A stretch of DNA of 64,000 nucleotides, from NCBI GenBank assembly GCA_937873715.1, contig CALMYJ010000004.1:12722-76721 (forward strand). The letters are read 5' to 3'. The notes beneath the pieces are model-generated. The model searched no databases. It saw only the letters and a program-made list of their open reading frames with translations, and was not told where the DNA came from. This DNA comes from an uncultured Chitinophagaceae bacterium. Lineage in GTDB: Bacteria > Bacteroidota > Bacteroidia > Chitinophagales > Chitinophagaceae. Shown piece by piece: positions 9,236 to 18,856 of this stretch; within the stretch, counting starts at the first letter, position 1, and every line of letters starts with the position of its first letter. The position numbers and the translations under genes are program-made.

Positions 9236-10237
9236 TTTCTTCAACAACAAAATCGAAAAATCACTATCCTCTTTAACAATTGTATTACTCAGTTTTCCTA
9301 ATCCGTCTATTTCCATATCCACCACATCGCCTTCCTGAAGCCATTGTTCTATATATTCCGGGTCATTTAGTTTACCTGTACCATTTAATTCTAAAAAACA
9401 ACCGGTGCCAACCGTGCCGCTGCCGATGATATCGCCGGGATAGAGGTTAACACCATAACTGCACCGCTCTATAATTTCAGCAAAAGTCCAGTCCATATCA
9501 CTAAGATTGCCTTCGCTAACGGGTATGCCATTTATGGCGCAGGTCATTTTCAGGTTCCAGGCTTTGCCGGTGTGGTTGGGTTTGCAGGGCACTTCGTATT
9601 GCTCTAATTCATCTAAAGTAACCAGCATGGGGCCAATGGCTGTTGCAAAATCTTTGCCTTTGGCGGGGCCGAGATTCAGCAGCATTTCTTCCTGTTGCAA
9701 TTGGCGGGCACTGATATCGTTCATAATCATCAACCCACCGATATATTGATCGGCTTCTGCAGCAGGAATATTTCTGCCGGGCCTGCAAATCACTATGGCT
9801 GCTTCCAGTTCAAAATCTAATTTTTTAAAATGGTCGGGCATGCACAGGATATCGCCGGGGCCCTGGATACTGTTGTGGTTAGTAAAATAAAAAATGGGGT
9901 ATTGGTCAAATTCCGGAATCATTGCTGCATTACGGTTTCGGCGTGCGGCAGCCACATGCTGCCTGAAAGCATAGCCATCCCGGCAACTGGTTGGGTGCGG
10001 CACGGGTGCCAAAAGCGTGGCGCTTTCAACATCAACAGGTGTGGCGGCCCTGCCCATCCCGTCTTTAAGCCGCTGTTCAGCAGCAAGAGCAAGCGGATAC
10101 ATATCATCCCAATAGTTTAAAAACATTGCCATACTTACCGGCAAATCAGGATGCAGGGCATCGGTATCGTACAGGTTACCATTAATGAGTATTGCAAGCT
10201 GGTCGTGCCCGTCTTTTATATAACTAACTAATTTCAT
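9224..10237 (-). CDS. Fumarylacetoacetate hydrolase family protein
   Basis: SCRDGYAFRQH, LDFELEAAIV, MNDISAR, AKGKDF, GDIIGSGT; start MKLVSY at 10237, TAcaTTTG promoter at 10255-10262. Confidence 0.92.
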   Translation of the reverse strand: MKLVSYIKDGHDQLAILINGNLYDTDALHPDLPVSMAMFLNYWDDMYPLALAAEQRLKDGMGRAATPVDVESATLLAPVPHPTSCRDGYAFRQHVAAARRNRNAAMIPEFDQYPIFYFTNHNSIQGPGDILCMPDHFKKLDFELEAAIVICRPGRNIPAAEADQYIGGLMIMNDISARQLQQEEMLLNLGPAKGKDFATAIGPMLVTLDELEQYEVPCKPNHTGKAWNLKMTCAINGIPVSEGNLSDMDWTFAEIIERCSYGVNLYPGDIIGSGTVGTGCFLELNGTGKLNDPEYIEQWLQEGDVVDMEIDGLGKLSNTIVKEDSDFSILLLKKVTG

Positions 10238-10343
10238 ATTAAAACAATTGCAGCCAAATGTAATTATTAAAAATTGATGATTTTTATAATTAACAGGGTG
10301 GTAATAGCAGGAAAAGTTATTTTCGTGCAAGAAATGTGTAAGT

Positions 10344-11036
10344 ATGAAGTTTGAGAAAATTCACAACAAAGGGCAGGCCCGTCTTTTTAAAAATAAGTAC
10401 CTGGAGTTTTTTACAAAAACACACCCTCTTGTTATTTGGGGTATGTACCTGCCACTCATTATTTTTTTATTGTATTACAGTAATGCCGTTAAGTCTTTAG
10501 GGATGTTGTCTGTATTCCTTAGTTTTTTTGCTGGTATTTTATTCTGGACTTTTTTTGAGTACATCATGCACCGGTTTGTATTTCATTTAATTGCCGAAAG
10601 CGAAAGACTGCAAAAGGTTGTGTATGTAATGCATGGTAACCATCATGAATATCCCAGGGATAAAGAACGCCTTTTTATGCCGCCCCTGCCCAGCCTTATA
10701 CTGGCTTCGGTAATTTTTGGTACTATGTTTTTAATGGCAACGCTGATTGGTGTTACTGTGTTTGTATTTTCATTTTTTGCCGGGTTTATGCTGGGTTACC
10801 TGATGTATGGCACCATGCATTATGCCATCCATGCCTGGAACCCTCCTTTTAAATGGATGAAACCCCTGTGGCGCAATCATCACCTGCATCATTATAAGCA
10901 ACAGGAAAGGGGCTTTGGTGTAAGTTCCACTTTGTGGGACAGGGTTTTTGGCACCATGTTCGATCTGAAGACTGAAAAAGAAGACAAGGAAAAAGTAAAG
11001 GAGCTGATGTTTGATGGAGAAAAAGTGGCGCATTAA
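10344..11036 (+). CDS. Fatty acid hydroxylase / sterol desaturase family (FA2H-like)
   Basis: His boxes EYIMHRFVFH, HGNHH, HYAIH, NHHLHH; hydrophobic segments. Confidence 0.9.
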   Translation: MKFEKIHNKGQARLFKNKYLEFFTKTHPLVIWGMYLPLIIFLLYYSNAVKSLGMLSVFLSFFAGILFWTFFEYIMHRFVFHLIAESERLQKVVYVMHGNHHEYPRDKERLFMPPLPSLILASVIFGTMFLMATLIGVTVFVFSFFAGFMLGYLMYGTMHYAIHAWNPPFKWMKPLWRNHHLHHYKQQERGFGVSSTLWDRVFGTMFDLKTEKEDKEKVKELMFDGEKVAH

Positions 11037-11042
11037 CCAGCA

Positions 11043-11363
11043 TCACCATTTTTCATCTTCCGGTATATTGTTATCGTTTTTCATTTTTTTTCTTGTATTG
11101 ATTTTTTCAAGCTGGCGTTCTATAATGGCGGCAGCAATAATACCACCGGCATCCTGGTGGCCTGCCTCCTGCAGCAATAGTTTTATTTTATTTTCATTTA
11201 TATCAATACGGTAAAGCAGGTTTATCAATGCTTCAAAGCGGTGTACAATCATGTGATTGATATGGGCAGAGAGTTGCTGCTGCAGCGTTTCCCCGTTTAT
11301 TGCATCGGGCAGTTGCAGGGCCAGTTCTTTATTAATTTGTTGTACTAACAACGGGTTGCTCAT
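11043..11363 (-). CDS. Hypothetical protein
   Basis: 106-aa ORF in a minus-strand gene run; LINLLYRIDINE and IIERQLEK segments look protein-like. Confidence 0.65.
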   Translation of the reverse strand: MSNPLLVQQINKELALQLPDAINGETLQQQLSAHINHMIVHRFEALINLLYRIDINENKIKLLLQEAGHQDAGGIIAAAIIERQLEKINTRKKMKNDNNIPEDEKW

Positions 11364-11368
11364 GGTAT

Positions 11369-12154
11369 TTAATATTTTTCAATTACGCCCAGGCCAAACA
11401 GGGCATAATCATATTTTACCGGATCGGCAGGGTCAAATTGCTTTAACTGGTGGGTAAGTTCTGTTGCTGCCTGCCAGTCGTTTTGTTTGCGCTGCAGTAA
11501 GCCTAAACCCCTGGCCACCCTTGCTACATGTACATCGAGGGGGCATACCAATTGTGCCGGGCTGATGTTTTTCCAGAGGCCAAAATCAACGCCGCTGCTG
11601 TCTTGCCGCACCATCCATCGTAAATACATATTGAGTCTTTTGCAGGCCGATTTTTTTTCTGGTGTGGAGATGTGTTTGCGGCAATGCTTTTCTTCATGAG
11701 CAGCTTCATTAAATCCAAATACATAGTGATGAAAGCCGGCAAGGGCCTGTTCAATAGTATCGTGGCCGGGCTGCATCCATTGTGTAAATGCCGTTTCGAG
11801 GCTTTGCTGTTTGGAATAGTGGTGCTGTAAAAACTGTAATAAGTGCCAGAGGTCGTATGTGTTAAAAGTGCGGTGTACAAATCCTTTGAGCCGGTTAAGT
11901 TGTTTTGGCCCGGCATGCAGTACAAAATCAAAAGGGGCATTATCCATAAGGGTCATCAATTTGGTGCAGGAAGCAATAATGCTTTTGCGATTGCCCCAGG
12001 CCAATATAGCGGCAAACAAACCAGCAATTTCAATATCCTGCTGCCGGGTAAAACGATGGGGGATGCTAACAGGGTCGTTGGTAATAAAATCAGGCTGGTT
12101 GTATAAAGCCGTTTTTTTATTCAATAAATCATGAAGGTTTTGCGTCATCGTCAT
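11369..12154 (-). CDS. TIGR02757 / DUF2400 family protein
   Basis: NDPVSIPHRF, DIEIAG, SACKRLNMYLRWMVR, PLDVHV, DPVKYDYALFGLG; ATGA overlap with the upstream gene gives start 12154. Confidence 0.88.
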   Translation of the reverse strand: MTMTQNLHDLLNKKTALYNQPDFITNDPVSIPHRFTRQQDIEIAGLFAAILAWGNRKSIIASCTKLMTLMDNAPFDFVLHAGPKQLNRLKGFVHRTFNTYDLWHLLQFLQHHYSKQQSLETAFTQWMQPGHDTIEQALAGFHHYVFGFNEAAHEEKHCRKHISTPEKKSACKRLNMYLRWMVRQDSSGVDFGLWKNISPAQLVCPLDVHVARVARGLGLLQRKQNDWQAATELTHQLKQFDPADPVKYDYALFGLGVIEKY

Positions 12155-12384
12155 TTTTCTTTGCGCAGGAGGGCTGCAATGGCAATTATTACCCAGGTGA
12201 TATTGACGACCATATTGGGATAAGTTCGGTGAGCAAAAGTATAAACCGAAAATAAAATGCCGCCAATAAGGTTGCACAGGATATAAGGCATGGCGGTGCT
12301 TTTGATTTTGCCATTAATGTTTAAAAAATAAGCGCCAACAATCAGTATGGTGCCTATCCAGCCGGTAATTTCAAGTGTGCTCAT
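12151..12384 (-). CDS. Small membrane protein (CBU_0592-like)
   Basis: GWIGTILIVGAY...Y...NLIGG...N..W..IA pattern, three hydrophobic segments. Confidence 0.75.
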   Translation of the reverse strand: MSTLEITGWIGTILIVGAYFLNINGKIKSTAMPYILCNLIGGILFSVYTFAHRTYPNMVVNITWVIIAIAALLRKEK

Positions 12385-12390
12385 TTTAAA

Positions 12391-13551
12391 TCAACCAATG
12401 GCCGTTTCTAAATCTTTAATTAAATCTGCTACATCTTCAATGCCTACACTCAGCCTGATGAGGCCATCGCTCAGCCCGTTTTTAATTCTTTCTTCCCTGG
12501 GTATGCTGGCATGCGTCATGCTGGCCGGGTGGTTGATGAGCGACTCTACACCGCCCAGGCTTTCGGCCAATGCAAATATTTTGGTAGAGGATAAAACCTT
12601 AAAAGCAGCTTCGGTGCTTTCGTCTTTCAAAGTAAAACTAATCATGCCGCCAAAGTCATTCATTTGTTTTTTGGCAATGGCATAACCAGGATTGTCTTCA
12701 AATCCCGGCCAATATACTTTTGCAACTTTAGGATGATTGCGCAGCCAGTGGGCAATCATGCGGCCGTTTTCGCAATGCTGGCGCATGCGCACATGCAATG
12801 TTTTTATGCCACGCAGTACCAAAAAGCAATCCATTGGTCCGGGTACTGCGCCACTGCTTTTTTGGATAAAATACAATTGTTCTCTCAGCGCAGGGTCGTT
12901 CATTACCAGGCAGCCTTGGATTACATCGCTGTGGCCGCCGAGGTATTTAGTAGCGGAATGCATAACAATATCTGCCCCTAGCGTAAGCGGATTTTGCAAA
13001 TAGGGAGAAGCAAAAGTATTATCCACACATACCAAGGCACCAGCAGTTTTGGCAATGGCCGATATGGCTTCGATATCGGTGATATTCATTAAAGGGTTGG
13101 TTGGTGTTTCCAGCCAGATGAGCTTAGTGCTTGCCGTTAGTGCAGCTTTTACATTTTCAATATTACCGGTATTGGTGTATTTAAAGCGGATGCCAAATTT
13201 TTCAAATATTTTGGTAAAAAGCCGGTAGGTGCCGCCATACATATCGCTGGCAGCAATCACTTCATCGCCGGGTTGCAATAATTTAATAACGGCATCGGTA
13301 GCGGCCACACCGCTGCTAAAAGCCAGGCCATATTGGCCGTTTTCGATAATGGCGTAGGCTTCTTCCAGGGCCTTACGGGTGGGGTTTTGGCTGCGGGCAT
13401 ATTCGTAGCCTTTATGTTGCCCCGGCGCTGCCTGCACATAGGTACTGGTTTGAAAAATGGGTGTCATAATAGCCCCGGTAGTGGGGTCGGGCTCGGCACC
13501 GGCATGAATGATACGGGTGGCAAGCGCTAAAGTTTTATCTTGTAATGTCAT
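12391..13551 (-). CDS. Cystathionine gamma-synthase / gamma-lyase (PLP)
   Basis: YARSQNPTR, FSSGVAA, ETPTNP, VDNTFASP, HSATKYLGGHSD, ESLGGVESL, RLSVGIE. The exact transsulfuration reaction is not determinable from sequence. Confidence 0.93.
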   Translation of the reverse strand: MTLQDKTLALATRIIHAGAEPDPTTGAIMTPIFQTSTYVQAAPGQHKGYEYARSQNPTRKALEEAYAIIENGQYGLAFSSGVAATDAVIKLLQPGDEVIAASDMYGGTYRLFTKIFEKFGIRFKYTNTGNIENVKAALTASTKLIWLETPTNPLMNITDIEAISAIAKTAGALVCVDNTFASPYLQNPLTLGADIVMHSATKYLGGHSDVIQGCLVMNDPALREQLYFIQKSSGAVPGPMDCFLVLRGIKTLHVRMRQHCENGRMIAHWLRNHPKVAKVYWPGFEDNPGYAIAKKQMNDFGGMISFTLKDESTEAAFKVLSSTKIFALAESLGGVESLINHPASMTHASIPREERIKNGLSDGLIRLSVGIEDVADLIKDLETAIG

Positions 13552-13614
13552 GGGTATTAAAAAATGTATTGTTATAAAAATAGCCTGTATAGTTGCTGAA
13601 GGCCAACAGGCTGT

Positions 13615-15528
13615 TTATTTTTCGGTATTGCTGTACAGTTGTGCGGCACACAGGTAGCGCCAATCGTAGCCTTTTTCATCGTAAGCGGCTTGAGGTACTA
13701 CTTTTTCCATCAATACATCGGCTTTTAAAACAGCCTCGTTTACCAGTATCCGTTTTGCTTCGTGAATGTATTCCTGCATTTGAGGATTTTCCATCCACTG
13801 CTGTTGCGGAGGTTCAAAGCCTATTTTGTCTTTACGCCATGTAATATTTTCCGGTAAAATGTTTTCCATGGCTTTGCGCAGCAGCCATTTGGTACAGCCT
13901 CCCCGTATTTTAAAATCTGCCGGGAGTGAAAAAATAAAGGCAACCAGTTCGTGGCTTAAAAAAGGCAGCCTTACTTCCCGGCTATGCGCCATGCTGTTGC
14001 GGTCGCAAAAACGCAGCAACTCTTCCAGCCCCATCGATATGGTATTAAAGTAAAGGATATCATTGAGCTTGGTAACTACGGGTTTGTAAATGCCTTCTAA
14101 CTCCCGGCCCTGCATAGAACGAATAAAATCACGCCGGAGGTAGGGATGGCGCAGTATGCGCTGGTACTCATTTTTTTCGAGGTGTATGGCGGCATGTGCC
14201 GGTAAAAATGTGGCGATATAATTTTTTATACCCCAGTTAAATGTCATGTGATTATCCCTGAATTTCTTTTTTTCGCTTATAGCTTCCCGGTAGCGTTTGC
14301 GGTTAATCAGTTGCTGCAGGTACCAGTGTATATATTTGTAATAACCGGCCAGTGTTTCATCGGCACCCTGCCCGTCCAGCAGCACTTTTGTACCCTGTTT
14401 TTTGGCCAGCTCAAATACTTTGTACTGGGCATAAATGCCCGCCGATTGAAAGGGCTCTTCCTGGTAGTAACAAAGTTTTTGAAATTCGCTGATAAATCCT
14501 TCTGCAGTGGGGGTGCAGGTATGGCTGTTGAGTTTGTAAGCAGTGGCAAGCTGTTTTATTGGAGCTGATTCATCTTTTTCAAAACCCGGAAAAATTGCGG
14601 AGAATGCCGATAGTTGTTTGCTGCCTTTGAGCAGGGTATAAATAGTGGCAGCTATTGAAGAGCTATCGAGCCCGCCGCTCAGGCTTACACCGGTTTCCAC
14701 ATCGCTGCGAAGCCTGCGTTTTACTGAAGTAGTAAATAATGCCGTAAACTCCTCAATGGCTGTTTCGGGGGCAATGGTAAGGGTAGCTTCTTTATCCAAT
14801 TCCCAATAGGGATGAACGCTGTAATCAAAAACGCTGGTTTTAAAGTGCAGGTAGTGGCCGGGGGGCAGTGCAAAAATGTTTTCAAAAAATGTTTGCTCCT
14901 TATCGCTGGCATTTTGCACATAGCCCAGTGCTAAGTAGTTCAACAGCATTTTTTGATCTACCTGCCTGGGAATGCCGGTGGCCCACATGGCTTTCATTTC
15001 GCTCGAAAAAACAAAATGCCTTTCATCAAAATACATGTAAAAAGGCTTTTCGCCAAAGCGGTCCCTGGCGGCAAAAAGCATTTGCTCCTGCTCGTCCCAG
15101 ATGGCAAAAGCAAACATGCCATCAAAATGCTGTACACAGGCTTCTTTCCAAAAATCGTAGGCGGCTAATATAATTTCGGTATCGCTGTGCGACCGGAAAC
15201 GGTACCCGTTTTTATACAATTCTTCCCGCAGCTCTACATAATTATATATTTCGCCATTGTAGGTAATGGTATAGCGTGGGGAGGCTGTTTCAAAGGGCAT
15301 GGCCGGGTTAAAGTGCATGGGCTGGGCTGCATTGGCCGAAAGGTCGATTACGGCCAGCCTGCGGTGGCCCAGGCATACATTGCCCGATTGGTTAATCCAG
15401 TGCCCCTCTCCATCGGGCCCACGATGGGCAAGGATATCGGTCATTTTTTTAACACGCTGCAGAAGGGCTGTTTTCTGATCCTGGTTTTTAAGCGTGAGCT
15501 TATCAATAATACCGGCAATACCACACAT
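13615..15528 (-). CDS. asnB: Asparagine synthase (glutamine-hydrolysing) family amidotransferase
   Basis: MCGIAG, HRGPDG, NGEIYN, RDRFGEKP, LSGGLDSS, DGQGADE, EVRLPFL. Confidence 0.92.
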   Translation of the reverse strand: MCGIAGIIDKLTLKNQDQKTALLQRVKKMTDILAHRGPDGEGHWINQSGNVCLGHRRLAVIDLSANAAQPMHFNPAMPFETASPRYTITYNGEIYNYVELREELYKNGYRFRSHSDTEIILAAYDFWKEACVQHFDGMFAFAIWDEQEQMLFAARDRFGEKPFYMYFDERHFVFSSEMKAMWATGIPRQVDQKMLLNYLALGYVQNASDKEQTFFENIFALPPGHYLHFKTSVFDYSVHPYWELDKEATLTIAPETAIEEFTALFTTSVKRRLRSDVETGVSLSGGLDSSSIAATIYTLLKGSKQLSAFSAIFPGFEKDESAPIKQLATAYKLNSHTCTPTAEGFISEFQKLCYYQEEPFQSAGIYAQYKVFELAKKQGTKVLLDGQGADETLAGYYKYIHWYLQQLINRKRYREAISEKKKFRDNHMTFNWGIKNYIATFLPAHAAIHLEKNEYQRILRHPYLRRDFIRSMQGRELEGIYKPVVTKLNDILYFNTISMGLEELLRFCDRNSMAHSREVRLPFLSHELVAFIFSLPADFKIRGGCTKWLLRKAMENILPENITWRKDKIGFEPPQQQWMENPQMQEYIHEAKRILVNEAVLKADVLMEKVVPQAAYDEKGYDWRYLCAAQLYSNTEK

Positions 15529-15540
15529 GGCGTAAATATC

Positions 15541-15564
15541 AAAAAAAAACCGGGTTAAACCCGG
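15541..15564 (-). terminator. Terminator after the DUF2911 gene
   Basis: On the minus strand, a ccggg/cccgg stem followed by a T run. Confidence 0.5.
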
Positions 15565-15581
15565 AATGTATTTAAAACTTT

Positions 15582-16148
15582 TTAGTGAAAACTGATGGGT
15601 ACGGTGGTTCGTACATCATCCCAGGCTATAATTAAATTGGCCCCTGTAGCAGATTTTTCAAAAGCCATTGCAAAAAATTCCAGCGATTCATTTTGTTTCT
15701 GTACGGGCACATCAATCCAGCCTACATCATTGGCTTCGCTGTACTTAAAAGCACCCCAGGAGTCGGTGTCTTTATTGATAATGATGGTCCATTTATCGGT
15801 ATAAGGAATACAGTAAAGGGAGTAACGGCCCTTTTTGATTTTTGTGTTGCCAATTTTTACCGGTTGAAAAAACTCTATTTCGGTGGCTTCATTGGCACCC
15901 AGCCGCCATATTTTGCCATATTCTATCAAGTCGCCAAAGAGGGTACGGCCGTTTTTTTGTGGCCTGCTGTACAGTACCCTTGCCACCAGGGGTTCTGATA
16001 TTTTATCCTGTATTTTTAAAACAGGATAGTTGGCAGGGTAATAGCTTACATCCATCGGTGATTTATCTACCGGGGGTAGCTTGGTTTGTGCCAGCAGTGC
16101 CGGGCAAAATATAATAATGAAAAGCGTGGATATTAATACTCTCATCAT
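15582..16148 (-). CDS. DUF2911 family secreted protein
   Basis: Signal peptide; YSRPQKNGR, WRLGANEAT, G.YSLYCIP, IAWDD. Confidence 0.88.
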   Translation of the reverse strand: MMRVLISTLFIIIFCPALLAQTKLPPVDKSPMDVSYYPANYPVLKIQDKISEPLVARVLYSRPQKNGRTLFGDLIEYGKIWRLGANEATEIEFFQPVKIGNTKIKKGRYSLYCIPYTDKWTIIINKDTDSWGAFKYSEANDVGWIDVPVQKQNESLEFFAMAFEKSATGANLIIAWDDVRTTVPISFH

Positions 16149-16179
16149 AACCGTTTTATTTTGTTCAAAAATAAGTTAC

Positions 16180-16776
16180 TCAGGTGTTTATCAGCTTGTG
16201 GAGTGTATGAATGGTAAATGATTTCAATGAGGGGAAAAACTCGTTGTAGCAGGCCTGTAGGGCTTCGTAATGCTCGTTAAAGCTGTTAAAAGCGGCATCG
16301 GAACTTTGCAGGTAGGCTGCCCGGCGTACAAGGCCTTCAAAGCTTCGCTGTATTCCTTCTTTATAACGGTAATGGTACAGCCAGTTTTGTGCATGCATAT
16401 AAGGCAGTATATTGCTAAAAGGCCCGGGCATAGCCCCCCGGTATTGTAGAAGCTGCTTGTATGTGTGGCTGCAAAATGCAGCATGTGCCTCAGCATCTGA
16501 AAATTGCATGTTGTCGTTGGCCAAAAAATGATCGTATACAATATCAACAAAAGCACCGGCATACAGGCGGTAGTGGTTGCGAAAGTAAACTTTAGCCTTA
16601 GCCGTAGCAGGGTGTGTATCTGTATAAGCATCGATAGCCCGGTGAAGTGTGATGCCTTTTTGTATACCCGGCGTGTAGGCGAATTTTTTTTTACCCTTTA
16701 CATAATCGCTAATCATGTTGCCCACCAGTATTTCCGGGTGGCTAAACGAAAGAAAGGCATGGGCCAGTAAATTCAT
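16180..16776 (-). CDS. acpH: Acyl carrier protein phosphodiesterase (DUF479)
   Basis: MNLLAH, GNMISDYVKG, GITLHRAIDAYTDTHP, DIVYDHFLA. Confidence 0.88.
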   Translation of the reverse strand: MNLLAHAFLSFSHPEILVGNMISDYVKGKKKFAYTPGIQKGITLHRAIDAYTDTHPATAKAKVYFRNHYRLYAGAFVDIVYDHFLANDNMQFSDAEAHAAFCSHTYKQLLQYRGAMPGPFSNILPYMHAQNWLYHYRYKEGIQRSFEGLVRRAAYLQSSDAAFNSFNEHYEALQACYNEFFPSLKSFTIHTLHKLINT

Positions 16777-17109
16777 CGGCGATGATTGTTGATTAAAATT
16801 AGGTGCTTTGGTTGGTAGATTGGCCTGACAGGTTTTTGTTAAAACCATCTTTACCATTTAACATTTTTAAAACATCCTTTGTGAAACTTTTTGCAATTTG
16901 GCTCAAGTACAGGCTGGTACTGCATCCTGTAGATATTGCCGGTATAAGTTATACACTTCAAACGTCTTTTTCGCTGCCTGAACTGCCTTTATTGTGTCTT
17001 TAATCAAGTTTTGATTGCAGTATGTGCCGGGGCACTATACTTTTGTTTCATCATCAAAACAGCCGCAAGCCATGAAGCGGCTTATTAAAAACCTTTAAAA
17101 AGTATAGTT

Positions 17110-17559
17110 ATGAAAAAGCTCACAATCGCTTTTGCAGCATTGCTGCTCACCACAACCGCTGTATTTGCCGGCGACAGTAACGAAACCACCATCAGCACCA
17201 GGGTGCGTTCCTCTTTCGAAAAAGATTTTGCCCGGGCCGAAAATGCCACCTGGGATAAAAAAGATGGTGTGTATTATGTATCCTTTGATGTAAATCAAAA
17301 AAGAAACGAAGCCGCTTACACCCCTGCCGGTGAGTTGCTTGCTGTTTCTAAAGTAATTTTAAGAACAGAAATGCCTGCCACAGTATTAAGGTCGGTAGAG
17401 CAAAAATTTGCCGGGTACAACTTTTCGCCAACCGCTACAGAAATTACCTACGAAGGTGAAACCAACTACTACATGACTGTGGCGAACGAAAAGCACACGC
17501 TAAAGCTTAAAATAGATACTTATGGCGATATTACTGTAGAGCGCCGCATCAAAAAATAA
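17110..17559 (+). CDS. Secreted PepSY-like / BLIP-like protein
   Basis: Signal peptide; V..SFEKDF..A...W...Y.V.F...A.Y...GELL pattern; TActTTTG promoter upstream. Confidence 0.65.
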   Translation: MKKLTIAFAALLLTTTAVFAGDSNETTISTRVRSSFEKDFARAENATWDKKDGVYYVSFDVNQKRNEAAYTPAGELLAVSKVILRTEMPATVLRSVEQKFAGYNFSPTATEITYEGETNYYMTVANEKHTLKLKIDTYGDITVERRIKK

Positions 17560-17576
17560 AATAAGCCAAAATTTAT

Positions 17577-17647
17577 AACCGGACTTTTCCGCCGGAAGTA
17601 TAATTGTAACGGTAAATGCCAATACAGTTTGCTTTCGGCGGTTTTTT
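17577..17647 (+). terminator. Extended terminator-like hairpin
   Basis: ccgccggaag pairs with ctttcggcgg, followed by tttttt. Confidence 0.55.
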
Positions 17648-17723
17648 ATTATAAAATGATAATAAGCAAATTGATGCACTAACCTTTCAAACTGCTATTT
17701 TTGCTGCCTGAAAAAAATGCATT

Positions 17724-18698
17724 ATGAGTAAAGGACCCGTTTCAAATTTTATACAGCATCATTACAGGCACTTTAATGCTGCAGCACTGATGGATGCCGC
17801 TAAAGGATACGAAACCCACCTGAACGAAGGTGGCAAAATGATGATAACCCTTGCCGGCGCTATGAGCAGTGGTGAGCTTGGCCTTAGCCTTGCCGAAATG
17901 ATACGGCAGGATAAAGTACAAATTATTAGTTGTACCGGCGCCAACCTGGAAGAAGATGTGATGAACCTGGTGGCCCATTCCAAATACAAACGCATACCCA
18001 ACTACCGCGACCTTACCCCACAGGATGAATGGGATCTGCTGGAAAATCATTACAACAGGGTTACCGATACCTGCATACCGGAAGAGGAGGCTTTTCGCCG
18101 CTTACAAAAACATTTATATGCACAATGGAAAAAAGCGGAAGCAAATGGTGAAAGATTTTTTCCGCACGAATTTTTATATAAAACCATACTGAGTGGCGAG
18201 CTGGAGCAGTATTATGAAATAGACCCTAAAGACAGTTGGGTGGTAGCTGCCGCACAAAAAAATATTCCGATTGTGGTGCCGGGCTGGGAAGATAGCACTA
18301 CCGGCAACATTTTTGCCAGCTACGTGATAAAGGGTGAACTAAAAGCCGATACGGTTAAAAGTGGTATTGAATATATGGTGTGGTTAGCCGACTGGTACCG
18401 CCAAAATTCGTCTGGTAAGGGTGTGGGCTTTTTCCAAATTGGCGGTGGCATAGCCGGCGATTTTCCGATATGTGTGGTGCCCATGATGTACCAGGATTTG
18501 GAATGGCATGATGTACCCTTCTGGAGTTATTTCTGTCAAATTAGCGATAGTACTACATCCTACGGCTCGTACAGCGGTGCGGTGCCCAACGAAAAAATTA
18601 CCTGGGGCAAACTGGATATTCATACGCCGAAATTCATCGTTGAAAGTGATGCCACCATTGTGGCCCCATTGATTTTTGCCTGGATATTGGGCTGGTAG
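17724..18698 (+). CDS. Deoxyhypusine synthase-like protein (probable homospermidine synthase)
   Basis: LAGAMSSGELG, SCTGANLEED, WEDSTTG, QIGGG, SYSGAVPNEKITWGK, SDATIVAP; TAttTTTG promoter at 17696-17703. Confidence 0.88.
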   Translation: MSKGPVSNFIQHHYRHFNAAALMDAAKGYETHLNEGGKMMITLAGAMSSGELGLSLAEMIRQDKVQIISCTGANLEEDVMNLVAHSKYKRIPNYRDLTPQDEWDLLENHYNRVTDTCIPEEEAFRRLQKHLYAQWKKAEANGERFFPHEFLYKTILSGELEQYYEIDPKDSWVVAAAQKNIPIVVPGWEDSTTGNIFASYVIKGELKADTVKSGIEYMVWLADWYRQNSSGKGVGFFQIGGGIAGDFPICVVPMMYQDLEWHDVPFWSYFCQISDSTTSYGSYSGAVPNEKITWGKLDIHTPKFIVESDATIVAPLIFAWILGW

Positions 18699-18714
18699 TA
18701 AAAACAATTAACAC

Positions 18715-18755
18715 AAAAAAACCTCCTGCCAATGTATGAGCAGGAGGTTTTTTTT
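18715..18755. terminator. Bidirectional-type terminator after the DHS-like gene
   Basis: aaaaaaacctcctgc / gcaggaggttttttt perfect stem. Confidence 0.85.
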
Positions 18756-18757
18756 GC

Positions 18758-18770
18758 TAAAACAATATTA
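18758..18770 (+). promoter_or_regulatory. Putative AraC site upstream of the CE2 esterase
   Basis: taaaacaatatta matches TAAAAnAnTATTA; -7 element TAatTTTG at 18813-18820. Confidence 0.55.
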
Positions 18771-18856
18771 TATGCTGCTAAATAAATACCGGGCTGCCAT
18801 ATCGATTGCTCCTAATTTTGATTGCAGCATCTTTTCAATCCCCACATCAAAGCGAT

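Noticed and set aside
13552-13614. SAM riboswitch upstream of the cystathionine gamma-synthase/lyase gene
   Set aside because: Only 63 nt, mostly occupied by a simple hairpin (atagcctgt/acaggctgt), with no riboswitch core
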